Source of the DNA: Candidatus Saccharimonadota bacterium
Lineage (GTDB): Bacteria; Patescibacteriota; Saccharimonadia; Saccharimonadales; Saccharimonadaceae
Assembly: GCA_000503915.1 (NCBI GenBank)
Contig: CP006915.1
Span: forward strand, 300,001 to 332,000
Length of the DNA stretch: 32,000 nt
Direction of reading: 5' to 3'
Positions within the stretch are counted from its first letter, which is position 1, and every line of letters starts with the position of its first letter. Below are positions 7,472 to 17,036 of the stretch, in pieces. Below the pieces are notes generated by a model. It made no database searches. It had not been told where the DNA came from and was given only the letters and a program-made list of their open reading frames with translations. Made by a program: the position numbers and the translations under genes.

Positions 7472-7798
7472 ATGCAATCACTTATTACTGTTCTAACCCC
7501 AATTTTTATTAGCCTTACAACCCTGGCGGGCGTGGCATTACATGAGACGCGGCTTGATCGCCTAGCGCTTTTCACGATGGCAGTGCCGGTTACTATCCCA
7601 ACGGCTACCGATGGTAGTATGACCAGGACGATGTCGAATGATCCCCATACGCACGTCGAGCGTGTCAGCCTACGGGAAGTACGTACTTCTTCACCGATGT
7701 TAGCACCGCGTTACGGTGAACAAAAGAAACATCTGCTGCAAAAAGGTGTGCCGCGTGGCTTCCACTACTTTGACCACTACGCCATCCACTTCTCTTAA
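7472..7798 (+). CDS. Hypothetical protein (possible N-terminal TM)
   Basis: 108-aa ORF downstream of TTGACA-17-TAATCT (7412-7440). It has no Shine-Dalgarno. Its stop overlaps the valS stop on the opposite strand. The coding status is uncertain. Confidence 0.35.
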   Translation: MQSLITVLTPIFISLTTLAGVALHETRLDRLALFTMAVPVTIPTATDGSMTRTMSNDPHTHVERVSLREVRTSSPMLAPRYGEQKKHLLQKGVPRGFHYFDHYAIHFS

Positions 7799-10356
7799 AC
7801 ACTTGTGATAACGGTCAACTCGGCCTCGAGACGCTCGATAAGGGCGGTTGTCTCGAGCCGGGCTTGAGCGGTTTCCTCTACCAGATGAGCGGGCGCCTTC
7901 TGGACGTAGCTTTCATTACCGAGGCGCTTTTCAAGGGTATCACGCAGTTGCTTTGCCTCAGCCAGGCGCACCTCGAGATTCGTCTGGTGTTCATAGAGAG
8001 TTTTTTCATCAATGACGAGCCAGGCTTCCCTGCCCGATGTAGCCAGCCGCAAACCACGTGGCTGCTCGGTTCTCTCGAGGGATACCAGCCTCGCAAGGCT
8101 CTGGATGAGCTGCCGGTTGTCTTCAATCAGACTGTCCTGGCCGTATTCGACCGTGTACTTCTTGTTGCCAGGCAGTTCGCTGGTAACGAAGCGAATCTCG
8201 CTGACAAGCTGCTGTAAGCGTTCAAACTCTGCCGCAGCGATCTCGTCGTAGGCTGTATGGGTCGGCCAACTGGCCTGTATGACCATCGTTCCATCGGCGT
8301 ACCATGGCAGCGTTTGCCAGATGGTCTCGGTGACGAAAGGAGCGAAGGGATGCGCCAGACGAAGAACCGTGTCGAGTACCCAGGCGAGCATGTCATGATT
8401 TTGCTCGTGCTTACTTGCTTCGATGTACCAATCGGCGACACTGCTCCAGACGGTGTGATAGACCAGCTCAGCGGCTTCCGCAAAACGGTAGTCGGTAAGC
8501 AGACTTTCTACCTCTGTTGATGCGGAAGTAAGTTCATGGATAATCCAATGGTCGGCTAGACTGGCAGGTTCCGGTGAGTTCATTTTGTAATGCTCACCGA
8601 GCTTATCTTCGGTAAAGCGGGCAATGTTCCATAGTTTGTTGCAGAAGTTACGGCCAGCGACCACCTTTGAGGTGCTAAAGGCTTGATTCTGGCCAGCGCT
8701 CCTGGCCGCGACGAGGCCAAGCCGCAGTGCGTCGGAGCCGTATTCGCTGACGATCTCGATGGGGTTGATGACGTTCCCTTTTGATTTGCTCATTTTTTGA
8801 CCATGTTCATCGAGCACCAAGCCATGCAGGTAGACGTCTTTGAACGGTACCTTACCGGTTACTTTTAGCCCCAACATGATCATACGCGCGACCCAGGGGT
8901 AAAGGATGTCGTGTCCGGTTTCCATGACACTGATAGGATAAAATCGGGAAAGCCCGCCTTCGGTGAGGTAGTCCGTAGTAATAAACGGCCATTGTCCTGA
9001 GCTAAACCAGGTGTCGAAGGTATCCTCTTCTCTGCGGTATGTTTTGCCGTCGATAGTAAGTGTGGTCTCATCGACGCGCTCGTCATAGATCCAATCATTG
9101 GCATCGGCAATATTTTGGAACGCCGGGATCGGAATGCCCCACGGAATCTGGCGACTTAGGTTCCAGTCACGGATATTCTCCAAGTACTGTAGGATGTCAC
9201 GCTGTTTTGATTCGGGCACAAAGCGTATTTCACCTCTGTTGATCACTTCTCGGGCGGCGTCAGCTAGCGGCTTCATATTGAGGAACCACTGGTCTTTGAT
9301 AAGCGGCTGGATGATACTGCCGCATTTGTAGCAGTGCCCAACGGCGTGCTCGATCTCTTCCTCGCCGCGCAGAAGTTCCTCCGCCTGTAGTGCCGCTAGA
9401 ACACGTTTTCGTGCTTCGACAGAGGTGAGTCCACTGAATTGAGCGGGGACATTGATCATTGTGTTATCAAAATCAATAACTTGCAGTTCCGGCAGATTAT
9501 GGCGCTTCCCTATCTCAAAATCGTTTGGATCATGCGCTGGAGTGATCTTGACGGCACCGGTACCGAACTCGCGATCGACATATTCGTCGGCGATGATTGG
9601 CACTTCTCGATCAGTTAGAGGCAGAAGGACATGCGAACCGATCAGGCCTTTGTAGCGCTCGTCCTCAGGGTGAACCGCAACGGCGACGTCACCGAGCATC
9701 GTCTCCGGGCGAGTCGTGGCGATAACAATCTCGCCGATCTTATCAATTGTCGGGTAGGCAATCTTGTAGAGCTTCCCTTTTTCCATCTTGTGCTCGACTT
9801 CAATATCGGAAAAACTAGTCTGGTGTACTGTACAGTAGTTGACGATACGCTCACCTCTGTAAAGCAAGCCCTCATCCCATAGTTTTTTGAATGTTTGATA
9901 GGCAGTTTTGGTGACCTTTTCGTCGAGGCTAAAGACGAGATTGTCCCAGCTGGCACTGACACCGAGGGCGCGCAGCTGCAACTCCATATTACCTATGGTT
10001 TGGTCAACGAAATCCCAGACTTGGCTGTAGAGCTGCCCACGTGAAAAATCAAAGCGACTCTGCCCTTTCTTTTCAAGCTCTTTCTCATAAACTACCCAAG
10101 TTTCAAAGCCGGCGTGATCGGCACCAGGAATATAGACGGTATCCCTGCCCTTCATACGGTAAAAGCGAACTAATATATCTTCAACAGAGGTCATTAAACT
10201 GTGACCGATGTGAAGGTTTCCATTGGCATTGGGAGGTGGCATGACGATGGCGTAGGGCTCCCCTACCCCTGTCGGCGCAAACGCTCCGCTCTTTTCCCAT
10301 AGGGCGTAAATAGTTGGTTCGTAATCGTTCGGTTGGTAAGCTTTTGGTAGTTTCAT
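7795..10356 (-). CDS. valS: Valine--tRNA ligase
   Basis: 853 aa. HIGH motif (PPPNANGNLHIGH), KMSKS motif, and a C-terminal coiled-coil typical of ValRS. Confidence 0.95.
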   Translation of the reverse strand: MKLPKAYQPNDYEPTIYALWEKSGAFAPTGVGEPYAIVMPPPNANGNLHIGHSLMTSVEDILVRFYRMKGRDTVYIPGADHAGFETWVVYEKELEKKGQSRFDFSRGQLYSQVWDFVDQTIGNMELQLRALGVSASWDNLVFSLDEKVTKTAYQTFKKLWDEGLLYRGERIVNYCTVHQTSFSDIEVEHKMEKGKLYKIAYPTIDKIGEIVIATTRPETMLGDVAVAVHPEDERYKGLIGSHVLLPLTDREVPIIADEYVDREFGTGAVKITPAHDPNDFEIGKRHNLPELQVIDFDNTMINVPAQFSGLTSVEARKRVLAALQAEELLRGEEEIEHAVGHCYKCGSIIQPLIKDQWFLNMKPLADAAREVINRGEIRFVPESKQRDILQYLENIRDWNLSRQIPWGIPIPAFQNIADANDWIYDERVDETTLTIDGKTYRREEDTFDTWFSSGQWPFITTDYLTEGGLSRFYPISVMETGHDILYPWVARMIMLGLKVTGKVPFKDVYLHGLVLDEHGQKMSKSKGNVINPIEIVSEYGSDALRLGLVAARSAGQNQAFSTSKVVAGRNFCNKLWNIARFTEDKLGEHYKMNSPEPASLADHWIIHELTSASTEVESLLTDYRFAEAAELVYHTVWSSVADWYIEASKHEQNHDMLAWVLDTVLRLAHPFAPFVTETIWQTLPWYADGTMVIQASWPTHTAYDEIAAAEFERLQQLVSEIRFVTSELPGNKKYTVEYGQDSLIEDNRQLIQSLARLVSLERTEQPRGLRLATSGREAWLVIDEKTLYEHQTNLEVRLAEAKQLRDTLEKRLGNESYVQKAPAHLVEETAQARLETTALIERLEAELTVITSV

Positions 10357-10448
10357 ACTATAATCACGTGAAAAGAGGGTTTAATGCCTGGAGCACCTCG
10401 GTTATTTGTCCTTTTAAGTATAGCACAAGAGGGAGTATACTAAAGGGA

Positions 10449-11426
10449 ATGATAACGGTAGAGGTATATGAGACGGCTGATGCGTGGGACGCGCTGGTGG
10501 AAGAATTTGCTGGCCATCCACTCCAACATTGGGGGTGGGGGACAGTGAAAGGCAAGCATGGCTGGCAGGCGCACCGGTTGGCGGTACTTGACCAGGGCAA
10601 AGCTATTGGTGGCGCACAAGTGCTCAGTAAGCGGTTGCCGTGGCCATTTCCACCGTTTGTGTATCTGCCACGCGGGCCGTTCGGAAAACTAGTAACCGAA
10701 GGTAGATATAGGCAGACGCTGGTAGAAGAAGTACGCCGATTATATCGTCCATTGGTCATAAGCGCCGAACCCGACCTCGAGGGGCGTATCACGTGGAAAG
10801 GCTGGCGGCAGGCCAAACATCGCATTCTTTTGGCACGAACGGCAATCCTTGACCTTCGACCGACAGAGGATGAGCTTCTTGCTGGCATGAGCAAGAAGAC
10901 CAGGCAATACATCCGTAAGTCCGCCAAAGAGGGAACAGTGGTACGACGGGCTACTGCGCTCGTGGATATCGAGGTATGTCTTGCGATCTACAAGCTTACC
11001 GCCGCGCGTGCCGGCTTTGCCCTCCACGGTGATGACTATTACCAAGACATTTTTAAGGAACTTGGTGAGCATAGTCCGGTCTATTTGGCCGAGCATGGTG
11101 GAGAGGTTGTCGCCTTTTTGTGGCCGTTAGTGGCGAATAAGACCGCCTTTGAGCTCTATGGCGGCATGAACGACAGGGGTCAGGCAATCCGGGCAAATTA
11201 TTTTTTGAAGTGGAGCGTCATCCAAGAGATGAGGCAGCGTGGTGTCGAGCGTTATGATGTGAATGGACTGCTTAATGATGGTGTTACTGCCTTCAAAAAA
11301 GGCTTTATACCAGAGGAAACCATGATGGTGGGGACGCTTGATAAACCACTATCGCCGCTTTATCCGTTGTGGGTCTATGGCCTACCGCTTGCCAAACGCC
11401 TCGTGCGGTTGCTGCGACGACGCTAA
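10449..11426 (+). CDS. FemAB-family peptidyltransferase (aminoacyl-tRNA-dependent peptidoglycan branch formation)
   Basis: FemX-like layout (WDALVEEF...HPLQHWGWG...; KKTRQYIRKS; ELYGGM...). TATACT (10436-10441) ends 7 nt before the ATG at 10449. The 10314 start of the track ORF overlaps valS and is unlikely. Confidence 0.75.
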   Translation: MITVEVYETADAWDALVEEFAGHPLQHWGWGTVKGKHGWQAHRLAVLDQGKAIGGAQVLSKRLPWPFPPFVYLPRGPFGKLVTEGRYRQTLVEEVRRLYRPLVISAEPDLEGRITWKGWRQAKHRILLARTAILDLRPTEDELLAGMSKKTRQYIRKSAKEGTVVRRATALVDIEVCLAIYKLTAARAGFALHGDDYYQDIFKELGEHSPVYLAEHGGEVVAFLWPLVANKTAFELYGGMNDRGQAIRANYFLKWSVIQEMRQRGVERYDVNGLLNDGVTAFKKGFIPEETMMVGTLDKPLSPLYPLWVYGLPLAKRLVRLLRRR

Positions 11427-12619
11427 GCCCAAGCCGTCCGGCGCATTGAAAGGCTAGGGACAACGGTCACCTGGTCAACAGGGGTGGGAGCAACAACTCT
11501 TTGCTGATAGTAGGCAAGGCTAGCGATCATAGCGGCATTGTCGGTACAAAGTTGTATTGGCGCGTAATCGATAGACAGAGGAAGTCGCTCTTTCAATTGC
11601 GCGCGCAGTTCTTGGTTGGCCGCCACGCCCCCGGCGATGACAACGGAAGCAGGCTGGAAATCGTGGTATGCCCTTTCGGTGACATCAACCAGTGTCTTGA
11701 CTGCAGTATGTTGGAAGCTGGCGGCAAAGTCTGCTTGCTGGAGGCCGTTTAAGCGCTCTGGGAGCCCGTAAGAGGGAAAAGTATGATCGACGCCCACTTC
11801 GCGCTGTACGGCACGTAGGACGGCCGTTTTAAGGCCGGAAAAGCTAAAGTCATACGGGTTGGCTAGCTTCGCCTTAGGAAACTGGTAGGCCTGGGGGTCG
11901 CCATGTTCGGCCACTCTGGCAATCGAGGGGCCGCCGGGGTAGGGGAGACCAATAATCTTAGCGACCTTATCGAAAGCCTCACCGACGGCATCATCCTGGG
12001 TCTCGCCGAGCAGTTCGTAGTTGCCGTGGTCGTGAAAAAGCACGAGCTGGCTGTGGCCACCACTGACGATCAGGGCAAGCATCGGGAAGGCGGGCTGCTG
12101 AGTGGGAAGAGAAAGTTCGCCCCTGTTTTGTTCGCCTTTTTGGATATGTTCGTTCGCAGAGGGCGTTTCGCCAGCTAAAACTGGCTGCACTACGCTTTTA
12201 CCCTCTGCAACCGGAGTATCCAAGCGGCTCGATTGTGACGAAGCTGTTTGATCGGTAATAAAATTTGCATACACATGGGCTTCGACGTGGTGGATCGGAT
12301 AGAGCGGTTTTTGGTGGAGTTCGGCCAGCGTGCGAGCCGCCAGCGTACCGACTAGTAGGGAGCCAACGAGACCAGGTGCATAGGTGACGGCGATGGCATC
12401 GATGCCATCCCAGGTAAGATTGGCGTCACGCAAGGCTTTGTTGATAACGGGATTGATCATCTCGATGTGGCTGCGAGCTGCCACTTCTGGTATGACGCCA
12501 CCGTACTGGGCATGGATATCGATCTGTGAGTGGACGACATTGCTAAGAAGCCGCTGGCCGTCTTCCACGACGGCTGCGGCTGTTTCATCACAGCTACTTT
12601 CAATCCCGAGTATCTTCAT
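11423..12619 (-). CDS. tsaD: tRNA N6-adenosine threonylcarbamoyltransferase TsaD (with internal insertion)
   Basis: MKILGIESSCDETAAAVV, HHVEAHV metal motif, VSGGHSQL, and GGVAAN at the C-terminus. 398 aa, against roughly 340 typical. Confidence 0.9.
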   Translation of the reverse strand: MKILGIESSCDETAAAVVEDGQRLLSNVVHSQIDIHAQYGGVIPEVAARSHIEMINPVINKALRDANLTWDGIDAIAVTYAPGLVGSLLVGTLAARTLAELHQKPLYPIHHVEAHVYANFITDQTASSQSSRLDTPVAEGKSVVQPVLAGETPSANEHIQKGEQNRGELSLPTQQPAFPMLALIVSGGHSQLVLFHDHGNYELLGETQDDAVGEAFDKVAKIIGLPYPGGPSIARVAEHGDPQAYQFPKAKLANPYDFSFSGLKTAVLRAVQREVGVDHTFPSYGLPERLNGLQQADFAASFQHTAVKTLVDVTERAYHDFQPASVVIAGGVAANQELRAQLKERLPLSIDYAPIQLCTDNAAMIASLAYYQQRVVAPTPVDQVTVVPSLSMRRTAWA

Positions 12620-12692
12620 CTGTTAGCAGTATACCATTGTGAGAGAGGAAATGTTTGCAGCAACGCCTAAGGGCGGTGTAAAATAAACGGTA

Positions 12693-13769
12693 ATGAACCA
12701 TACGTTAGTAGGGAAGATGACCGCCCGCGCGGCGGCGATGCGATACCGACACCCTGGTCGTGACCTGCGGATTATTGCGGTAGCCGGCGCGTACGGCAAG
12801 ACGACAACATCGCTACTACTCGGGGGGATACTGCAAGAGGCCAAAGTACCGGTTGTTACCATGACGAGTCAAGGTTGCTATTTCAACGGCCAGCCGCTGC
12901 CACTGCGCTATGATGGAGGCGCACAAAGTTTGCAGCACGCCCTCGCCAAGGCAAAGCAGAAAAAAGCCGATGTCGTTATTGTTGAACTGAGCGAGCGGCT
13001 ACTGGAAAGCCACGTGCTGGCCACTGTTCCGATCGAGATGGCGATCGTTACTAGTGATGACCCGACCGCCCAAGCCTTGTTGCGCCAGCCAGCTAACTAT
13101 GCCGTATTACCAAGCGGCTTTGAGGTGGATGGCTTGAGTGTTGCACCGCATCAGGCAATCAGTTTTGGCACGGATGATCTCGCGGAAGCAAAGATTGCCA
13201 CCACGCGGCTGCTGCGCGGCGGTACCGAGATAGAGCTTGTAATCGATCATCAGACAAAGCTCGAGCTGGCGACGTATCTGGTTGGAAAAGCCAATGTCAT
13301 GAATATTGCTGCTGCCGTAGCCGGTGCGTACGTACTGGCGGCGGACATCGAGACGTTTCAGGAAGGTATCGCCAAGCTCGAGAAAGTGCGCGGCAATTTC
13401 GAAAAGGTTGCGGCCGACAGACCCTACGTTATCTATAGCGATCATGCGGTGCACGCTACCTCTGTGGAGCTGGCACTTGCCTCGGCTCATGAGCTTGCTA
13501 AACGGCGTTTATTGGTCGCGCTTGACGGTTCGGTTGAGCTTGGTAGTTTTGAAACAGTTAAGTCGCTGAGTGACCGGTTGGTTTTGGTGGGTGAAGAACG
13601 GGAAGAGCGCGGTGTCGAAAGCGTAGCGACCGCCGGTGAAGCGCTCGAAGTGATCTTTCGTGCTGCTAAAAAGGATGACTTTGTCTTACTGCTCGGCGCG
13701 GAGTTTACGAAGACGGATGACAGCGGCCAAAGTCTTGTCGAGCGAATGATTGAAGGTACCGGTGAGTAA
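12693..13769 (+). CDS. Mur-ligase-family paralog with degenerate catalytic motifs
   Basis: P-loop VAGAYGKTTT is present. ELSER and VTSDDPTAQ occupy the positions of the usual E-x-S-S-H and T-N-x-x-x-D-H-L-D motifs. TAAAAT ends 8 nt before the ATG. Confidence 0.65.
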   Translation: MNHTLVGKMTARAAAMRYRHPGRDLRIIAVAGAYGKTTTSLLLGGILQEAKVPVVTMTSQGCYFNGQPLPLRYDGGAQSLQHALAKAKQKKADVVIVELSERLLESHVLATVPIEMAIVTSDDPTAQALLRQPANYAVLPSGFEVDGLSVAPHQAISFGTDDLAEAKIATTRLLRGGTEIELVIDHQTKLELATYLVGKANVMNIAAAVAGAYVLAADIETFQEGIAKLEKVRGNFEKVAADRPYVIYSDHAVHATSVELALASAHELAKRRLLVALDGSVELGSFETVKSLSDRLVLVGEEREERGVESVATAGEALEVIFRAAKKDDFVLLLGAEFTKTDDSGQSLVERMIEGTGE

Positions 13770-15060
13770 GCTGCGCAGCGCTGTCAAGGCGCTGATTCCG
13801 CGGAGCCTTTTTAGGAAGGTCGAGCCGTATGGCCACCTCGTAGAAGCCGTTCTCATGAATATCCGCTATGGCTTTCCGGCGCGTGGCCTCCACGTGATCG
13901 GTGTGACGGGGACGAATGGCAAGACAACAACTAGTTTTATGATTCATCAGATGCTGGTCGAAGCTGGCTACGACGTAGCGCTAATGTCCACCGTGGCCAA
14001 TGGAGTCGGCAGGAATATTACGCCGCAGGTGGCGCACATGACGACCATCTCGTCGCCCCAACTTCTAAAGAGCATCCGGGCATTTAAAAAGCAGGGCGCC
14101 AAATGGCTGGTGCTCGAGACGACCAGCCACGCTTTGGCACAGCACCGCGTCTGGGGTGTACCGTATGAAATCGCCGTCATGACTAACGTTACTCACGAGC
14201 ATCTCGACTATCACGGAACGTTTGAACACTACGTGCAGGCGAAGGCCGAGCTTTTCCGGGTTGCGGCTCGGCATGGGCACCGGTTTGGCGTGATTAATGC
14301 CGACGATCCAAGCGCCAAAGTGTTTCAAGCGGCGATTGGTCGCTCAGTAACGTATGGACTAACCCACGGTGATGCTCGAGCAACGGCAGTCGAGCTGCGG
14401 CCAAATGGCAGCCACTACCGTGTGGTGATCGGCGAGGACGAGCTATCTATCACCTGTAATATCCCCGGTGAGTTTAATGTCTACAATAGCCTGGCAGCGG
14501 TCTGTGTTGGCCGAGAGCTGGGCTTGTCGCCCCAGCAAATCACTGATGGAATCGCCGCCTTGAAGGGAGTCGAAGGTCGCATGGATACCATCGACGAAGG
14601 CCAGAAGTTCTCGGTGGTAATCGACTTCGCTCACACGCCGGACTCTTTTGAACGATTGCTTGGTGACCTGCGAAAAGCGACCAGCGGTAAATTGGTCGTC
14701 ATGTTTGGTTCGGCTGGCCGGCGCGACGAAAGCAAGCGTGCCATCCAAGGTGAGATCGCGGGCCGTTATGCCGATGAAGTCGTCATCACCGAGGAAGACG
14801 ACCGCGACATCGATGGCCAAGCGATCATGGCTGAAATCGAAAAAGGTGCAAAAAAAGCCGGCAAGACGACCGGCCAAGACCTGTTTTTGGTGCACGATCG
14901 CAGCGAGGCGATTCGCCTTGCTATTTCACGCGTGAAGCACGCCAACGACGCGGTACTACTACTCGGAAAAGGGCACGAAAAGACGATTGAGCGCAGCGAC
15001 GGCGAACATCCGTGGGATGAAGCAGCTGAAGTCCGCAAAGCACTGAGAGACATCGGCTAA
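13750..15060 (+). CDS. murE: MurE-like UDP-MurNAc-tripeptide synthetase (short N-terminus)
   Basis: GVTGTNGKTTT, LETTSHAL, TNVTHEHLDYHGT, GSAGRRDESKR, and LLLGKGHE. The track start is a TTG at 13750 overlapping the upstream stop; a GTG at 13762 is an alternative. The P-loop sits at about residue 55, so most of the usual N-terminal domain is missing. Confidence 0.8.
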   Translation: MKVPVSKLRSAVKALIPRSLFRKVEPYGHLVEAVLMNIRYGFPARGLHVIGVTGTNGKTTTSFMIHQMLVEAGYDVALMSTVANGVGRNITPQVAHMTTISSPQLLKSIRAFKKQGAKWLVLETTSHALAQHRVWGVPYEIAVMTNVTHEHLDYHGTFEHYVQAKAELFRVAARHGHRFGVINADDPSAKVFQAAIGRSVTYGLTHGDARATAVELRPNGSHYRVVIGEDELSITCNIPGEFNVYNSLAAVCVGRELGLSPQQITDGIAALKGVEGRMDTIDEGQKFSVVIDFAHTPDSFERLLGDLRKATSGKLVVMFGSAGRRDESKRAIQGEIAGRYADEVVITEEDDRDIDGQAIMAEIEKGAKKAGKTTGQDLFLVHDRSEAIRLAISRVKHANDAVLLLGKGHEKTIERSDGEHPWDEAAEVRKALRDIG

Positions 15061-15068
15061 GCAGATGC

Positions 15069-16100
15069 TTAGTAGTACGACTCGTGGTGCCGTTTGAAAT
15101 AGAGTTTTCGGACGGCTTTTTCGATAAACACATGCCATAGCTTTGCTTTGAATGGCTGGATAGGCACGTCGTAAGCGCCGACATATTCGGTAACAGTCTT
15201 GTTGAAGCTAGTCTTGAAGCGACCAAGGCCGTAAAACGGATGATCAGAGTTGGTAATGTCGGCGATCGGTGGTACACCGGCGAGGTCGTGAGCCTTAGAG
15301 CCGTGAGACTTTGCCCATTCGATCACTTTCCACTGCAGCAGATGGCTGGCACCGTAGGCGGTTCGCTCGCGCACCGAAGCGCCGTCTTTATACATACTTT
15401 TTTCACCTTGTACCAGGGCGAAAGCGCCGGCAACCACTTGCTTATTGAAGTAGGCGAAGAAGAACTGTCCAAGGCCAGCTTGTTCGTAGCGACGGTAAAA
15501 AGTCTGGTAATACTCGGGCGGGCGAATAGCGAACCCAGCTCCCATCGAGGTTTCGGCAAAGAGGTCATACATGACTCGGCAGTTTTCATCACTGGCAGGT
15601 ACTTGCTTGACTGTCACGCCATCACGCTCGGCACGGCGGATGGCGTGGCGGCCTTTTTGTGGCAGACGTTTCATGATTTCATCGGGCGAAGGAGTGAGAT
15701 CGATGATAACGGTGGCATAGTTGTACTGGATCGGGGTAGTTTTGATAAGATCGGCTGTTTTAAGTACCGTGGTGTGGTTAAGCTCGGGTTCGATTTTCAG
15801 GCTGAATACGCCGTTTGCCTTTGCAAATTGCCGCAAGGGTGCGAGGATTTGTTCGAGATCGGTGGGTGAGGTCGTGCTCGGACCTTTCGGGCAGTACCAC
15901 AGCTTGCCGAGCAAGGGTAGCGATCTTTCCAGAATAGCGACCGCCCGCGAACCGACGAATAGGTAGCACGGCGTCCAACCGCTATCGGCTTTTTGCTCTA
16001 GGAACTCTTTGCCTTGTAAGATAGCACCGCCGTCGGGGTTGTGGATGATAAAAGTATTCCATTCGGCTATTTCGGTTGCTGTAGCAAATCGTGCGTTCAT
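15069..16100 (-). CDS. FemAB-family peptidyltransferase, second copy
   Basis: 343 aa, with the same family layout as 10449-11426 (WNTFI...; KGRHAIRRAE; gap-free alignment by eye across the core). TACAAT (complement of 16109-16114) ends 8 nt before the ATG. Confidence 0.75.
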   Translation of the reverse strand: MNARFATATEIAEWNTFIIHNPDGGAILQGKEFLEQKADSGWTPCYLFVGSRAVAILERSLPLLGKLWYCPKGPSTTSPTDLEQILAPLRQFAKANGVFSLKIEPELNHTTVLKTADLIKTTPIQYNYATVIIDLTPSPDEIMKRLPQKGRHAIRRAERDGVTVKQVPASDENCRVMYDLFAETSMGAGFAIRPPEYYQTFYRRYEQAGLGQFFFAYFNKQVVAGAFALVQGEKSMYKDGASVRERTAYGASHLLQWKVIEWAKSHGSKAHDLAGVPPIADITNSDHPFYGLGRFKTSFNKTVTEYVGAYDVPIQPFKAKLWHVFIEKAVRKLYFKRHHESYY

Positions 16101-16130
16101 TATCCTCTATTGTAGCGCAGTTTTGGTATG

Positions 16131-16154
16131 AAAAAACTACACCCGGTGGTGTAG
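16131..16154 (-). terminator. Rho-independent terminator (minus strand) after the high-GC gene
   Basis: On the minus strand: ctacacc-accg-ggtgtag followed by tttttt. Confidence 0.75.
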
Positions 16155-16176
16155 GGAGGAAGATTCATTGAGTGCA

Positions 16177-16239
16177 CCTGCCCGGTGCGGGGTGAGGAGC
16201 GCTTGAGTAGCACTTCATCTCACCCCACACCAGGGCAGG
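16177..16239 (-). other. Long GC-rich imperfect hairpin immediately 3' of the high-GC gene
   Basis: Arms cctgcccggtgcggggtgag (16177-16196) and ctcaccccacaccagggcagg (16219-16239) are near-complementary. Confidence 0.6.
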
Positions 16240-16271
16240 CGTTCTCAACCATCCCGAGATGGCGGGGAAGC

Positions 16272-17036
16272 TCACTGGTTGTGAGCGCCCCAACCAAGCA
16301 TGATGAACCGCTGACGCATGTGGTCGTGGATCGACGTGACCGCCGACCGGAAGACACCCCCACCGATGTGGCCGGTCAAGGTGTTGACATGCCCGCTATT
16401 GGCGGGCACCCACGTCTGGCCGTCCATCAGGTAGACCTCGAAGTCAACGCTCTTGAGGTGCGTCTTCCACGTGTAGGTCTGCCCAGGCTTGATGACCGGG
16501 TGGACACGCGGCGTGCCCTCGGCGTATGTGCCGGCGAGCAGCTTGTACTTGTGCTCGGAGGTGGCGGGCACGTGCCACTTCAGCACGGCTGCATGGTGCT
16601 TGGTGTAGCGATGCGCAACCGTCGGTACAACCGGGTCGGGCAATACGACGGCAACGTCGATGCTACCCGTGACGAAATCGTCACCCGACGTCCCCTTACG
16701 GAGCACGTAGTTGATCGTGTCGATTCCCGACACCCCAACGCTGGCGGTGTAGTAGAGCAGGTTGTGCTCAATACCGCCTTCATCGGTGTAGTAGCCGCTG
16801 AACGCGTAGCCAAGGCTCGGCGGGTTGTCGCTGTCAGCGGCGAACAGGTGGTAGCCATCGTGCTGGACGCGGGCGTCGTAGCACATCAGGTCAAGCTCGA
16901 CGAAGCCACCGGCGTAGATCGTCGGTGACTCCTCCGGGCAGGCCACAGCTGCTGTGGCCTCAGTGGTGAAGGCGGCTAGGCTCAACAGAGCTAAAACCGC
17001 TACCGCCAGACCGGCGATGTATTTGCGAAGGGACAT
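16272..17036 (-). CDS. Secreted protein with Ig/cadherin-like repeat signature, high-GC (probable horizontal acquisition)
   Basis: The ATG at 17036 has AAAGGGGGG upstream. Signal peptide MSLRKYIAGLAVAVLALLSLAAFTTEATAA. The GIDTINYVLRKGTSGDDFVTGSIDVAVV segment resembles bacterial Ig-like/cadherin-like repeats. Third codon positions are strongly G/C. Confidence 0.7.
   Translation of the reverse strand: MSLRKYIAGLAVAVLALLSLAAFTTEATAAVACPEESPTIYAGGFVELDLMCYDARVQHDGYHLFAADSDNPPSLGYAFSGYYTDEGGIEHNLLYYTASVGVSGIDTINYVLRKGTSGDDFVTGSIDVAVVLPDPVVPTVAHRYTKHHAAVLKWHVPATSEHKYKLLAGTYAEGTPRVHPVIKPGQTYTWKTHLKSVDFEVYLMDGQTWVPANSGHVNTLTGHIGGGVFRSAVTSIHDHMRQRFIMLGWGAHNQ

Noticed and set aside
10364-10927. 187-aa minus-strand ORF, and a 118-aa ORF at 10740-11096.
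   Set aside because: They lie antisense to the FemAB-family gene. No signals are present and the translation is Arg/Ser/Pro-rich.
16185-16928. 247-aa ORF on the + strand.
   Set aside because: It lies entirely antisense to the high-GC gene 16272-17036. High-GC coding DNA routinely produces long stop-free antisense frames. The sense gene has a Shine-Dalgarno, a signal peptide and a terminator; this ORF has none.
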